Shown here in pieces: positions 1 to 44,949 of a stretch of 64,000 nucleotides of DNA. Below the pieces are notes generated by a model that saw only the letters and a list, made by a program, of their open reading frames with translations, ran no database searches and had not been told where the DNA came from. A program made the position numbers and the translations under genes. Location of the stretch: contig CAVNZM010000015.1 of the NCBI GenBank assembly GCA_963693365.1, positions 4,967,502-5,031,501 on the forward strand, in the 5' to 3' direction. The stretch comes from Amoebidium appalachense. Its lineage: Eukaryota > Protista > Ichthyosporea. Position 1 is the first letter of the stretch, and the number at the start of each line of letters is the position of its first letter.

Positions 1-37
1 CATGCATATATAAGGAAACCAACACACGAACACGTGA

Positions 38-71
<34 letters not shown>

Positions 72-95
72 ACACACACACACATATCCACCCAC

Positions 96-18085
<17,990 letters not shown>

Positions 18086-18346
18086 TTTCGTCGCTCTGTC
18101 ACCTCTGCCAAGCCTTTTCTTGTTGCTGCTGTTGCCCTCCTACCCGTTCCCACCTACCTACGCTTTTACCTGCTACAGCAATAACTGCCGCTTCACTAAT
18201 ACAAACTTTTCCTTGACGTCGACGACCCCTATTACTATCTGCTAATACGAAGTTTCCATTCTTTTATTTTCCTGTTCTGCTTGGTAAGACTGAAAAAAAC
18301 GGGACTTGCGTTTTACGTTTTGGCTCCGCGTCGAGCGGATTTGGAT

Positions 18347-18354
18347 TTTGGCGC
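18347..18354 (+). promoter_or_regulatory. Candidate E2F-type site (TTTGGCGC) upstream of TOP2
   Basis: Exact TTTSSCGC match about 260 bp upstream of the TOP2 ATG, consistent with a cell-cycle-regulated gene. Motif match only. Confidence 0.35.
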
Positions 18355-18669
18355 GCCGATTCTTTGTGCTTCTTTAATTGGTTGAAAAAATGCAGACTAG
18401 TTTGATTACGTCATTCTGTCGCCCTGAAAACAAAGATTTTACAATTTGTGTTAGTAGACAATTTTTAGACTAACGGTTTAACCGCCCAACCGTCAACGGT
18501 GAGCTTCAAAGCTTCAGATTGCGCGGTGTAGCTTAGCGTGGTGTGAACAAAAAAAAAAACGTAGACCTTGTGTAGTGTCTGTAGGCTACAAGGGGCTGAT
18601 TACTCTACAGAAATAAAATAAATAACTAAGATCTTAGCATTAACGGGTGATGCTGGCGGGGGGAGGAAA

Positions 18670-18703
<34 letters not shown>

Positions 18704-19480
18704 AGGGACACCGTCATCACCTCTCCCCCCACCCCCACCCCCCTCTCCCCCTCCCCCTCTCACATTCGGGTACCCCCCCACCAGGGCTGCCCTCTCACCC
18801 CACCTACCCCCCCCTCTACACACTGCAAAAGTCAGCAACCGTAGCGCCTCTATCGCCCCTCCCTTCACACTACCCGCTGCTCTCAACCTTGGTAACCCAC
18901 ATAGATAGATCTAGCTCGGACAACCTCCCAATATATGACTACAGATGTTCACATCACATTTGATCCCTTCCAGACTTTGATCAATTCACACTCTTTCCGA
19001 ACTGTACTTAAAAGGCAGGAGTTTTTGGAGATGAAGTAACGAGCAGTCGTTGCAGTGTGAACTCCCAAAACATAAGAGCATGTGCAGACTTTCTCCTGCT
19101 CGGTGCTGCATGGACAGGCTAGGCGCTTCTGTGCACGTGGTTAAGCGATTCAAAGCACAACCACTGGCACTATGGTTGCATCACAATTTTTTTTTGCTTA
19201 GAGGATGTTGTTAGGGCTTACAAAACGCACCTTTGCTAACGTTCAGATTTATCGTGATTGAAATGTATTATTGTGATTGAATGGTAGGCGGATCCAGAAA
19301 GAATCGAATGTGTAGTAAAACAAAGATGTATCCGCATGATGTTTGCTAAAAGATACACCTACCTAGTGGGAAGTGTGTGCTCTTGTGCTTGGCTTGTGCG
19401 GACAGGGTTTCGTTTCCTTTTTTTTTTCCCTTTTTTTTTTTTTTTTTTCTTTTTTGGGCCCCTCCCGCCACCCGCGGTAA

Positions 19481-19524
<44 letters not shown>

Positions 19525-19710
19525 CGGCTGAACAAATGATCTGGTTCCATTTATCTGCCCCTACACACGTACCCGTGTATGCTTGGGCACAATTGCGCTA
19601 ATACACTTGGATACTTGTGAGCCTGAACCATCAAGACCAAAGAGTGAACCGTTCTCCGGCCAACGAAAAATTTTGAGGAAAGAAAGCCTGGTGCAATGAG
19701 GCATTGAGTT

Positions 19711-19867
19711 ACATCGATTCAGTCGCACACATCGATTCAGTCGCACACATCGATTCAGTCGCACACATCGATTCAGTCGCACACATCGATTCAGTCGCAC
19801 ACACATCGATTCAGTCGCACACATCGATTCAGTCGCACACATCGATTCAGTCGCACACATCGATTCA
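19711..19867 (+). repeat. 18-bp tandem repeat (ACATCGATTCAGTCGCAC) x8 plus a partial unit, in the putative LINE 5' UTR
   Basis: Near-perfect units with one 2-bp insertion, ending about 105 bp before the ORF1 ATG. Confidence 0.92.
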
Positions 19868-19972
19868 AATGTCGCTCTTTATTATCTGCTAATAAATAGT
19901 ATCCTTCGCGCATCCACCCCTAAACCAGGCCATCCGTGGCCCTAAGGGCCGGGGAACACCCCCATCCATGTC

Positions 19973-21157
19973 ATGGCACATGCCTATAATCGTTTCAGAA
20001 CCTCTTTCAAAGTTCCATCTACACCCATCACACATGTGCGACCATTAAAACGTCCAGCAGATACACCTACCACAGATGCACAACCAGAAAAACATCGCCT
20101 TAGACTAAGCGCAACACCTATTTACAATACACTACCCATTCAGAATAACACCACACCACTCCGTAGAAACACAATAACAACCATGCCGAAACTTTCGGTT
20201 GATACAGTACTGGCAGAACTTGCCCTCGTTAAGAAACAGCTAAATGAGCTGTTACCACTCAAGAACATGATAGAAAAACTCCAAACAGAAAATACCCAAC
20301 TCAAGCTCACCATTGATTCACTCACAGCCCAGCTAAACATTAGTGGATCGCAAAACCCCAAAACTCATGAGCAAACATCTCGCGACGGAGACATTTCCAC
20401 CCCAACACAAAACAACACAGGACCGGAAGCACAGCTCCCGGCAGAGTTCCTAGAATATGCGAACTCTCGTAAAACACCCGAGCTCCGCCAAATTGCCAAG
20501 GAAACATATGCCAGCATTCTTGCAGGCAACGAGTACCGCCGCAACTCCCCTCCCAAACCGCCGGCTAAGGGGAACACCCAAGCAAACGGTAACATCAACA
20601 TCCCACCCAAATACGAGAGGGTGTATTTCAAAGTCAAGCACGGCAGACGCCCACACAGGGCCATGTGGTCCATCTTCAAGGCTCTCGGCTTCCGGTGCTC
20701 TCGCATCCTTTGTCTGTCCTTCATTGGATACGATGTGCTGGAAGTAGCAGTACGGGGCGACTATAACCGTGCGTTCATCCGTGACGCGACAAAGGGGTGT
20801 GGAAGCTTCTTCACCCACCTCCCAAGCTACGACCCATGCGCGCCGGAAAACATTCAGAAAGCAGACAAAGAACGTAAAGTGTCTGCTAAGAATGCGTGCG
20901 CCACACGTTGTCGTGTACGCATCAGCAAGGCAAAAGAGTTCCTCGCAAAGTTGGAAAACGATGCTACGAGCGTGATAGACACGGACACGAAGGAACCAAT
21001 GTTTTCTGGTGAGAAACTGCTCGAGCGCAAACGCCGATGCGAGATGGAAATCGAGCTCTTCTGCGAACTGTTCGCGCTGGCGGAAGGTCGTGCATACGAC
21101 CCCGTAAGCGACAAGTGGGAACCAACCCCACAGGTGTCGGACCAAACCGATGCCTAA
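19973..21157 (+). CDS. LINE ORF1 protein (394 aa; coiled coil plus basic region)
   Basis: Long intronless ORF with a heptad region (LAELALVKKQLNEL...LKLTIDSLTAQL) and a TYASIL motif. It lies immediately upstream of, and overlaps, ORF2 (ATGCCTAA). Confidence 0.85.
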   Translation: MAHAYNRFRTSFKVPSTPITHVRPLKRPADTPTTDAQPEKHRLRLSATPIYNTLPIQNNTTPLRRNTITTMPKLSVDTVLAELALVKKQLNELLPLKNMIEKLQTENTQLKLTIDSLTAQLNISGSQNPKTHEQTSRDGDISTPTQNNTGPEAQLPAEFLEYANSRKTPELRQIAKETYASILAGNEYRRNSPPKPPAKGNTQANGNINIPPKYERVYFKVKHGRRPHRAMWSIFKALGFRCSRILCLSFIGYDVLEVAVRGDYNRAFIRDATKGCGSFFTHLPSYDPCAPENIQKADKERKVSAKNACATRCRVRISKAKEFLAKLENDATSVIDTDTKEPMFSGEKLLERKRRCEMEIELFCELFALAEGRAYDPVSDKWEPTPQVSDQTDA

Positions 21158-24100
21158 TTTATCCTTCTTCTTCTGGAATGCTCGGACACTGGGCCCCCAA
21201 AAGGGCCTCCCCCCCGGGACACTCGACGATAAAATCAGCTACATACAACAACAGACAAACAACCACACGTTTACAGTGATTTGCGAAACACAGTTTAAAA
21301 ACCACCACAAATTCAACTCTACATTGGTCGACACATCCACACACCCCGGTTACGCGAAAAACCGAGGCATTATTGTACTTGCCGCACCACACGTGAGAGT
21401 GAAGTGCAAACCGGTAGCAAAAACGGAATTCTCGGTTTCTATAGAGTTTCTTTCTAATGTTTTTACTTTTGTATATTACCCACCATCTATGTCGGTTGTC
21501 GAATTGACTCACGAGTTGTCACAGTTACCAATGTCCACTGTTATTTTAGGTGATTTTAACACGCGACTCCACCACACAGACACACTGCAAGTGAGTGTCG
21601 GGTACCCATCTAAGCCCCCGGAGCGTGCTATCCCTTTAGCAAGGTATGTCCAAAGTCACACTTTGCGGTTCCCTCAAATATCCCATGCCCACAACACCGA
21701 CTGGGGAGTGGCCTTTTGGCCATCAACCATGTCAAAACTCTCTCTCCCTCCTAACCTCTCTAGGTCATCTGACCACTCTCCTATCCTTTTCCTACCTAAG
21801 ATCTCCCTTGATCTGCTCCCCCCTCCCCCTCCCACCTTTCGCCTCCGTCTATCCCAGCTTAAGTCACAGTGGGGTAGAGTTGATGTATGTGTATGCTATG
21901 CTACGAAACACCCTATATATATGCGCCTATTAGAATCTGCACAAGCCAGGCCAGATTCACATCTCGTACTAGATACATGCACTAACTTTATTGTTGATGA
22001 TTTGATAGATCTCGGTGATTATGCTGGCGGTGGTAGGAAGGAATACCCCGATGCTCTCTTGTTACCAAACACCACTCCCGCTAGACTAGGTGAACCCCTG
22101 TCTCAAAAGGAAAGCTTGCGCCGGCTTGCTAGTATGAATCGATTTGGCCCCCCTGCTCGTATTATTGGTGATACCACTGGAGACCCCCTCATAGACTCTG
22201 ATAAGTATTTCTCGGAACTGTTTAAAGATAGGACCCCCGCTCAGAAACCTATTGTGTGGCCTGTAGACCCATCTATCCCCATAGAATCGATCCTCCCCTT
22301 TTTCAGTCCCGATGCCATATGGTCTGTGATATCTAGTTATAGCTCTAGTAAGTCTTGTGGACCTGATGGACTCCCTGCTGGGTTTCTTAAAATCCTTGTT
22401 CCCTCCTACCCACAAAAGGAAAGTGATCGTGCTATTAAACCTGATCTTACTATCATGTTAAGCTCTCTCTTTTCTTGGTGTGTTAAATGTGGACATGTCC
22501 CGTCATCTTGGTTAGATACCTTAGTGATCCCCATAGTTAAGAAGGACTCTGAGGGCCCCATATCATCCTTTCGCCCCATTACACTAACCCAGGTTGTTCG
22601 TAGATTCTTTGAAGCTTGCTTACTTAGGTTATTTGCACATCACCCTAGGTTTCAATCTATTCTTCACATACACCCATGCCAATCCGCTTTTCGTAAAAAC
22701 AATTCATGTTATGTTCAAATAATGGCACTGCACGATTCTATGCAAGTTGGTGCACAATATGTTGGCTTTATTGATTGGAAAACTGCTTACGATTCTGTCT
22801 CCCCTGGTCTCCTATGGGAAAAGCTTGCTGCACGGGGTGTACCACACTGCATTGGTGTTCTGTTAGAAGCACTCTTGTCTCAAACCTATGGTAGAGCTGT
22901 GGTTAATGGGCATCTTTCATATGGTTTTGCTCGTACTAGAGGTCTCTTGCAGGGTTCATTGCTTAGCCCCTTTTTGTTTAACCTATTTATAGATGATTTG
23001 GCTGTCAAGATTTACGCCGAAAACGATGACCCTATTAATAACTTTCCGCCTGCACTTCTCTATGCTGATGATCTGTCCCTCCTTGCCCGTACCCCTAGAC
23101 GCCTGCAAAGATTGTTCGATGTAGTGTCAGAGTGATGCAAGGCAAACCTTATGATCCTTAACATAGACAAATGTGGTGTTCTTGTACCTGATATAGCTAA
23201 CAATTTACACACATTTACATTATCATCTAAACCTGTACCTATAGTTCCAGAATACAAATATCTTGGTGTTCCGGTTGATTCTGTTGGTGTTATGTTTCCC
23301 CATATGGTCGAAAAGAGGGTAGAGTTGGCTCGTAAGCGGTTAGCTTTCTTCTCGGCTAATATTTTTAAAGACACACCCCTCCATCCTTCTATTAGACTTA
23401 CATTTATTCGCACTTTTGTCTTCCCGGCATGTGAATATGGTTTACCCCTTCTCGCCGCTTGGATCAAGAAAGAGAGAACTAGAGCGCTTAAACCCTTGGC
23501 AAATTTCCTTGAAGCAGAAGTTGCCTCCTTTCTATCTAACAACTGTTGTAAACCTGGGCCTGTAACGCTCTCGATATATGGTCTGGTCCCAATAGCTGCT
23601 AGAGTATCCTATCTCGCGCTGAAATTCAATAAGCACATAAGCCGCTTAAAGAAGTATTTGCCCTCCCACCCTCTCTTCTCTATCCGACCTGTCCCCTCCT
23701 CACCTCTCCCCTCTTTCCTCCCCTCTCTCTCCCCTTCTCCCCTGGGCACAAATACAAATAAACCCCGCAATAGTGTGTGTGTGACTTTGGACTGCCACTT
23801 ACTTATTAAACATGTACACAATCACAAGATAATCACGCAATATAACAAATGGAAAAAGATACCACACGACACTAGACCCGATGAAAGCATACACCTTGAA
23901 AAACTAAGCCTTATGTCTCGTTTTATATATACTGACCGCCTCAACCATATTGCCAAATATGGCACTCGCAAGTGTATAACACCTAAATACATATTACCTT
24001 CCTGTAGAACTGGTCTTTCTCTAGCTGATGGTATTATTGATCAATTACCACGCTTTTACTGTACACGTGCTATACAGTGGAGATCTAATAAGTATAAGGT

Positions 24101-24344
24101 GGCATCATTTGCATGCCCAAACAACACACACACACACCAGTTTAACCGGTCATGTATCGCCAAATGTAGTTTGATAGACCACATAATACCGCAACACACA
24201 CACGTCACATTCACAACAGACACCCAGAAAGATAGCCTACCTGTAAATTACAACATCCTTGATTTTATACTAAACACGCGTAACTACGACCTGTTTATTA
24301 GATGTATTGATTGGCTTGAGAAACACATCACTACAAAATTATAG
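21150..24344 (+). pseudogene. LINE ORF2 (apurinic endonuclease plus reverse transcriptase) interrupted by one in-frame TGA at 23133-23135
   Basis: APE motifs FWNAR, ICET, ILGDFN and SDHSP. RT motifs GPDG, FRPITL, FIDWKTAYDSV, GLLQGSLLSPFLF, YADD and YKYLGV. The frame continues after VSE*CKANLMILN, where LINE RTs usually have Trp. Confidence 0.92.
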
Positions 24345-24415
24345 CGCACGCGCACACACACACAAACACACACACACACACAACCAGCTGATACCGAGTG
24401 TCCCGAGGGGAGCCC

Positions 24416-24456
<41 letters not shown>

Positions 24457-25018
24457 GGGGAACCCCAACTAATTGATTTCTCCTTGTAGTCTTTATGGTG
24501 TCTCGTAGAGAAAGTAAACCCTGATATATAGTCACCACCCGACATCTATGTACGTGATCATGATATACCGCTGAGGGGATATTCCGAGCAAAACCCCCCC
24601 CCCCATACCTGAGACTGGTTCTCTTTGCCTCGAGTAAACAGCGTAAACCCCTGAGTTATATCTATTCCGTGCAAAAGCCTGCCGTGGAGCCATCCGACGA
24701 GCTCCATTCAAAGTTTGGTTTCTCTCTATCCCTCTCCCTCTCTGTCTCTTTCTCCTCAATCCCCTCCCCCCCCCCCCCCCTTCCCCCCCACCAAAAAAAA
24801 AAAAAAATGATAACTTACGGATAATCATCTTGTCTTCCTCCAACAAGTACCCGGTAGCTCATACGAAAAGAAGATTGGAGATATTTACGATGTCGTTTTG
24901 CATTCGAAGGGATTTTCAATTTCTCACCCTCTTGTCGCACCCACTGGATCGGATTTACTTCTTATTTTTTATTTTTTATTTATTTTTATTTATTTTTATT
25001 TATTTATTTTTTTTTTTT

Positions 25019-25051
<33 letters not shown>

Positions 25052-25188
25052 GGGGGGGGGGGGGGGGGAGGGGGAGGGGGATCGAGTACGGTACCGTCCC
25101 AGTCTGTCGCCACCTCAAGGGAAAAAGGTAAATTAGCACTTGACACAAGAGAGAAATTGGGGTTCAATAGGCATCACCCAATTTGTAT

Positions 25189-25228
<40 letters not shown>

Positions 25229-25807
25229 CGCTGCGCCCCGGCCCTAGAGAACAACTACACATTACCGTCCCGCCATAGGATCCTCACACCACCCCCTCCC
25301 CCCCCCCCCCCCAACCATCCCTCCCCCTTTTCCCTAGGCCTCTCTCTCTCCGCACTGGCCCTGCAACTCTCTTTCCCCCCAAATGCAACATGCACTTGTG
25401 CACACGCATGCCACACACACACGTACACATGTAACATGTACTTTAATATGTGACACGCGCACGGCACACACACGCAAAAAAAAAGGGTCACGTATAAAAA
25501 CCATTTAAGCAGCAAACTTTGTGAGGCTAGAAAAAAACTAAATATTATATGGTGGCCGTGTCCGGACACTTTGACGCTGAGAGGTTCTAAGGCTAGTTGA
25601 AGGTTTTTCATCAATGATTTTGGGGAAGCTCCGTTGCATGACCCTGTGTGTCTAGACTAAGTTACAGATAAATTTGTGTGGCCCAGTATCATGTACACTA
25701 CGTCGGAGGGGGAGGAGTGCACAACTACGGCCAAAATGTATTCAAGATTTATCAAATAAGGGGGTTTTTATTGAAATTCATCCAGCCAGTGGTCTGATAG
25801 CGCCCCT

Positions 25808-26249
25808 CTAATCGACCTTTTCCTTCTCAGTCTGGCCAGCAGTTGCAGTTTCGGCCGTAGGCTCGGCAAGATGGAACCCGGATGGCTCTGTGTGTGTGAA
25901 TGTATTGCAGGGACGGGGGAGAAATGTGGAGGGGGGGGGGGGGAGGGGAAGGAGGGAGGGGGAGGAGGGCAAGGGTAGAGAGAGGGGGAGGGGGGGAGGG
26001 GGGGGGGGGGGGTACGGTAGTGTGAATGCCAGCTAGCCCATGAGACATGATACACAAAAGAGAATTCCTTATGTTGGAAGGTTATCTCCATAAGTGGGAA
26101 AAGCGACGAAAAGCACCCAAGAAAGGACTTGACAGGTCACATCAAACTTAACTGTCCAAGTGTATGAAAACAAGGAAATCTGCGGCGCGCATGTGCAAAC
26201 TTACACGAACCGATGGCGGCATGACATTTCAGTCACACACATGCAAGCA

Positions 26250-26322
<73 letters not shown>

Positions 26323-26369
26323 GCGTGTACACACACACACATACCGTGACACATACACACACATCCCCC

Positions 26370-26400
<31 letters not shown>

Positions 26401-26597
26401 ACACCTTCCTCCATGCTTCGAGTGTTGCCCACATTCACATTTGTCTCGTGCCCCTCTCCCATATTTCGTCCACCCGAAAGCCACTTTGCCTCCTCCCTCT
26501 CCTCCTGTGTGCGTCTCATACTCTCCCTCGTGGGCTCTGTGTCGGTGTGGCGGCCAGATGAAAGGTCACTGACAGTAGTGTAGCCCCGCTGATCCAT
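25808..26597 (-). CDS. Small hydrophilic protein, 90 aa, 2 exons (26597-26405, 25887-25808)
   Basis: Kozak-like CCACCATGG start, phase-consistent GT-AG intron, TAG stop and AATAAA about 40 nt downstream. Sequence [29 protein letters not shown]...TEKEKVD. Confidence 0.65.
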
Positions 26598-26717
26598 GGT
26601 GGTGGGTGGCGGAGTGGAAAGAAAAGGAAAGGGGAAATGTGATGATGTTTGGTAGAAAATGAAGGGTAGAGAGAAAGCCTTCAACGGATGAAACACCGTA
26701 ACCCGTAGGTTGTAATC

Positions 26718-26759
<42 letters not shown>

Positions 26760-28428
26760 TTGAGGTCACACTGTGACACTCTATCACGAAAGACTCTGAA
26801 ACTCCCTCTCTAGATGTATTCTGTCAACAAGTTGCAGTTTTGTGAAACTCAAGAGAGACAGAACATGCAAGTGAACAGTTGGGCCAGGCTGATGGGCCTT
26901 TTATATTCTGCCTGGGCCTGTCAAACACGATTAGTGCCACTGTGAATGCTGACGGGATCGAATATCGGGCAGCCGTTGCTAGCATAATAAAACGGTAAAA
27001 TTTCCGAAACTCAGCTGTCAGCTGACTGCCTAGGCCCCGCAGCCGCAGCACTCTGTTTGATTACCGATCCCGGCCCGGCCTCGGGACGGTGTGAACGACT
27101 CGTATACAAGTGGTGCTTTGCCGATAATCATTGTTGCTATTGCACACGCCATCATGATATCGCACATACGAAAACATTGTGTTCATGTAATTACTGTATG
27201 TATGGCAGGCCACTGTTAAACTTGGTACAGTACGGTGCTTTATAACTGGATTCAATTTGGCTGCCTTCTCCGAGAGTCTCCCCCGGCCCCCTCCTCCCCC
27301 CCCCTGGCCCCCCTCCAATCGGCCCCCCCCCCCCCCCCCCCTCGAAGAGCCCCCCCCCCCCCCCCCCCCCCGGTCCCCCATGTCCATGTACACCCCGGCC
27401 CACGGTCATGCATATATCATAGGCTGGTCGATCCCCCCCCCCCCCCCCCCCCCTCCCCCGGCATCTCCTATGGGGACCGGCCCGTGCACGCGTGCACACA
27501 CCGATATATCCCCCCCCCCCCCCCCCCCCCCCAGCCCCATTTGGGGAACGAGGCGTCAAGGGCATGATCAGTGCATCCCCCCCCCCCCCCCCCCCTCCCC
27601 ACCAAACACACACACACACACATACACACACGTACGCGTACACACACACACACACACACACACACGTACACACACGTGTACACACACACCGTTACACCAA
27701 CCCACTCACACACACAGCATGCACATACACACTCTCGAGGGGGAGGTGCAGATGTAGAGGTGTGGGGCGCGCGCACACGTGTGCATGTTTTTTTCCCCCT
27801 TTTACGGGGGGAGGGGGAGAAGGTTGGGGGTGGGGGGGGTTACCATGCGACAGACGCAACCAATCAGATCATGCGGTTATATTTTGATATGGTTTCTACG
27901 AGTTTAACAGATCATGTAATAACGTCGAACATCCCAGCCCATACTGTGCATGTGTGATCCGTATCCCTGTGTGTGTGCGTGCACGTACATGCTTGTATGT
28001 TGTATGTGTTGACATGATTGCATGAAATTGGTAAATTCAAACCGCTTGGGCTGATTGGGTCATGAAGTTGGTAAATTTAAACCACGTGTTCTGATTGGGT
28101 GTGGTCATATATTATGGCCCCGTGCCTGCACGTGGGTCAGCCACCAACACACTCAGCACTGTGTACCATCATTACATACTTGGGTGTCTCCCAAGGCTCT
28201 CCCAGCAACAGCAAGGAAAAAAAAAATAATCGAAGGAAAAAGACAAATAAAAGAAGAAAAAAAGGAAGGAAACACAGGAGAAAAATGGAAGGAAAAAGGA
28301 GCCCTTCCTTCCGGTGTAATCTAGAAATTGGTGACGGCGAAAGCACCAAAACGGAAAACAGCCGTTTCACCAGAAGTTGTTTGTATGTACAGCATGTTCA
28401 AAACAGAAGGCAACGAACAACATGTTTA

Positions 28429-28471
<43 letters not shown>

Positions 28472-28545
28472 CGTGTGTGCATGTGTGCATGTGCATGTGC
28501 ATGTGCATGTGCATGTGCATGCGTGTGTGCATGTGTGTGTGTGTG

Positions 28546-28578
<33 letters not shown>

Positions 28579-28755
28579 AACACCGTGTGCCTGTGGCTCT
28601 CCACCCATGTGGGTGACCTGTGTATCTGCATATCTGCTTGGATTCCCATACATGCATACATTGCATTCCTCAATTCACAGAATAACACAAAAAACCAAAG
28701 TTACCCCACAGCTTAACATACATAACCTACATTAGCACACACAAACCCCACATCT

Positions 28756-43874
<15,119 letters not shown>

Positions 43875-44949
43875 ATGTACCGCCCCGGCGGGTGCCTGCC
43901 CCCTAGCGCAAACGGACGCGCAGGCTCATAGTGTGTGTATGTCTGTGTTGTGTGTGTGGGTGTGTGCTTGTGCGTTAGTGCGCGTATGCGTCCTCACAGC
44001 GCGCAAGTGCGCGTGCTCGCTATCGCTCTCTCACTCTCTCTCTATGTGTGCTCGCTGTATCTCTCTAGGTGTCTGTCTCTCTCTCTCTCTCTGTCTCTCC
44101 CTCTCTCTCTCCCTCTCTCTCTCTCACCTCCCCTTACTCTCTCACTCTAGATCTCTCGTCCTTTCCCTATAACATGCCGCCTCTTTACCTACCCTCAGAA
44201 TCCTTCCCGGTCATCAACTCGTTTGCACAGAATTCAAACACCCTTAGAGCCCACGTTCTTTGCTAGCGCCAGCACACCCAAAACCCGCTCCCTTCCCTAT
44301 CTCTCTTTTCTGGCTGCAGGAAATTTGGCGCGCGGCAGGCGGGGCAGCCCGGGCAGAGCAGTGAGCAGGTCTGTTCCAAAGTTGACAGGATTGAGCAGGA
44401 AAACGCAGGAAATATGGTTTCATAAATAAAACAGCAAAAGGTAAATATTCCTGCCATCGGAGAAAGGGCCCTCACGTGGCCTAATAGAGGAGACCAGGCA
44501 ACCGGCATGTTTTGGCAGGATTTGTGAGAAAGGTCGAGTCTACGGTGGCGTTGCCTCTCTATGACGTCATCAGTTGTGAAGGGCTCGACCCTGGATCGAT
44601 CCTGCAGAATCTGTTTTTTTTTCGTTTTTTTTGTCCTGATGGAGTTGTGCGTTTTTCGTTCACTCTTTGTGCATTCTTGATGTCTCTTAACGTTAACGGT
44701 GAACTTCTTATACAAGTAATATTAAGAAGAGTTGTGTTCTCTTTCCTTCTTTTGCCTCCCCGCCGGTTGCTTCCCTCTGGATCCAACCGTGCTTATCTAC
44801 AGGACGCACATAAAACATCAGATCCAGAACTCTGCAGAGGAGCACCAGCATTTGCGATTAAACTAAAAGCATGTTTCGTTAAAGGACCTCCAACCACGTT
44901 TTCTACTCACCACATCCTAGTGATCTACCCCTGAAGTTTAAACTACAAC

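Larger units (their letters stand above)
19711..24382 (+). mobile_element. Non-LTR retrotransposon (LINE, APE-RT type) with two ORFs; 5' boundary uncertain
   Basis: ORF1 overlaps an APE-RT ORF2 by 8 nt and the element ends in a (CA)n run. It is intronless and lacks the homopolymer tracts of the host introns. No TSD was found. Confidence 0.93.

Noticed and set aside
19711-19867. CRISPR-like appearance of the tandem array (also 4849-5402)
   Set aside because: The units are contiguous with no unique spacers, there are no cas genes, and the context is eukaryotic.
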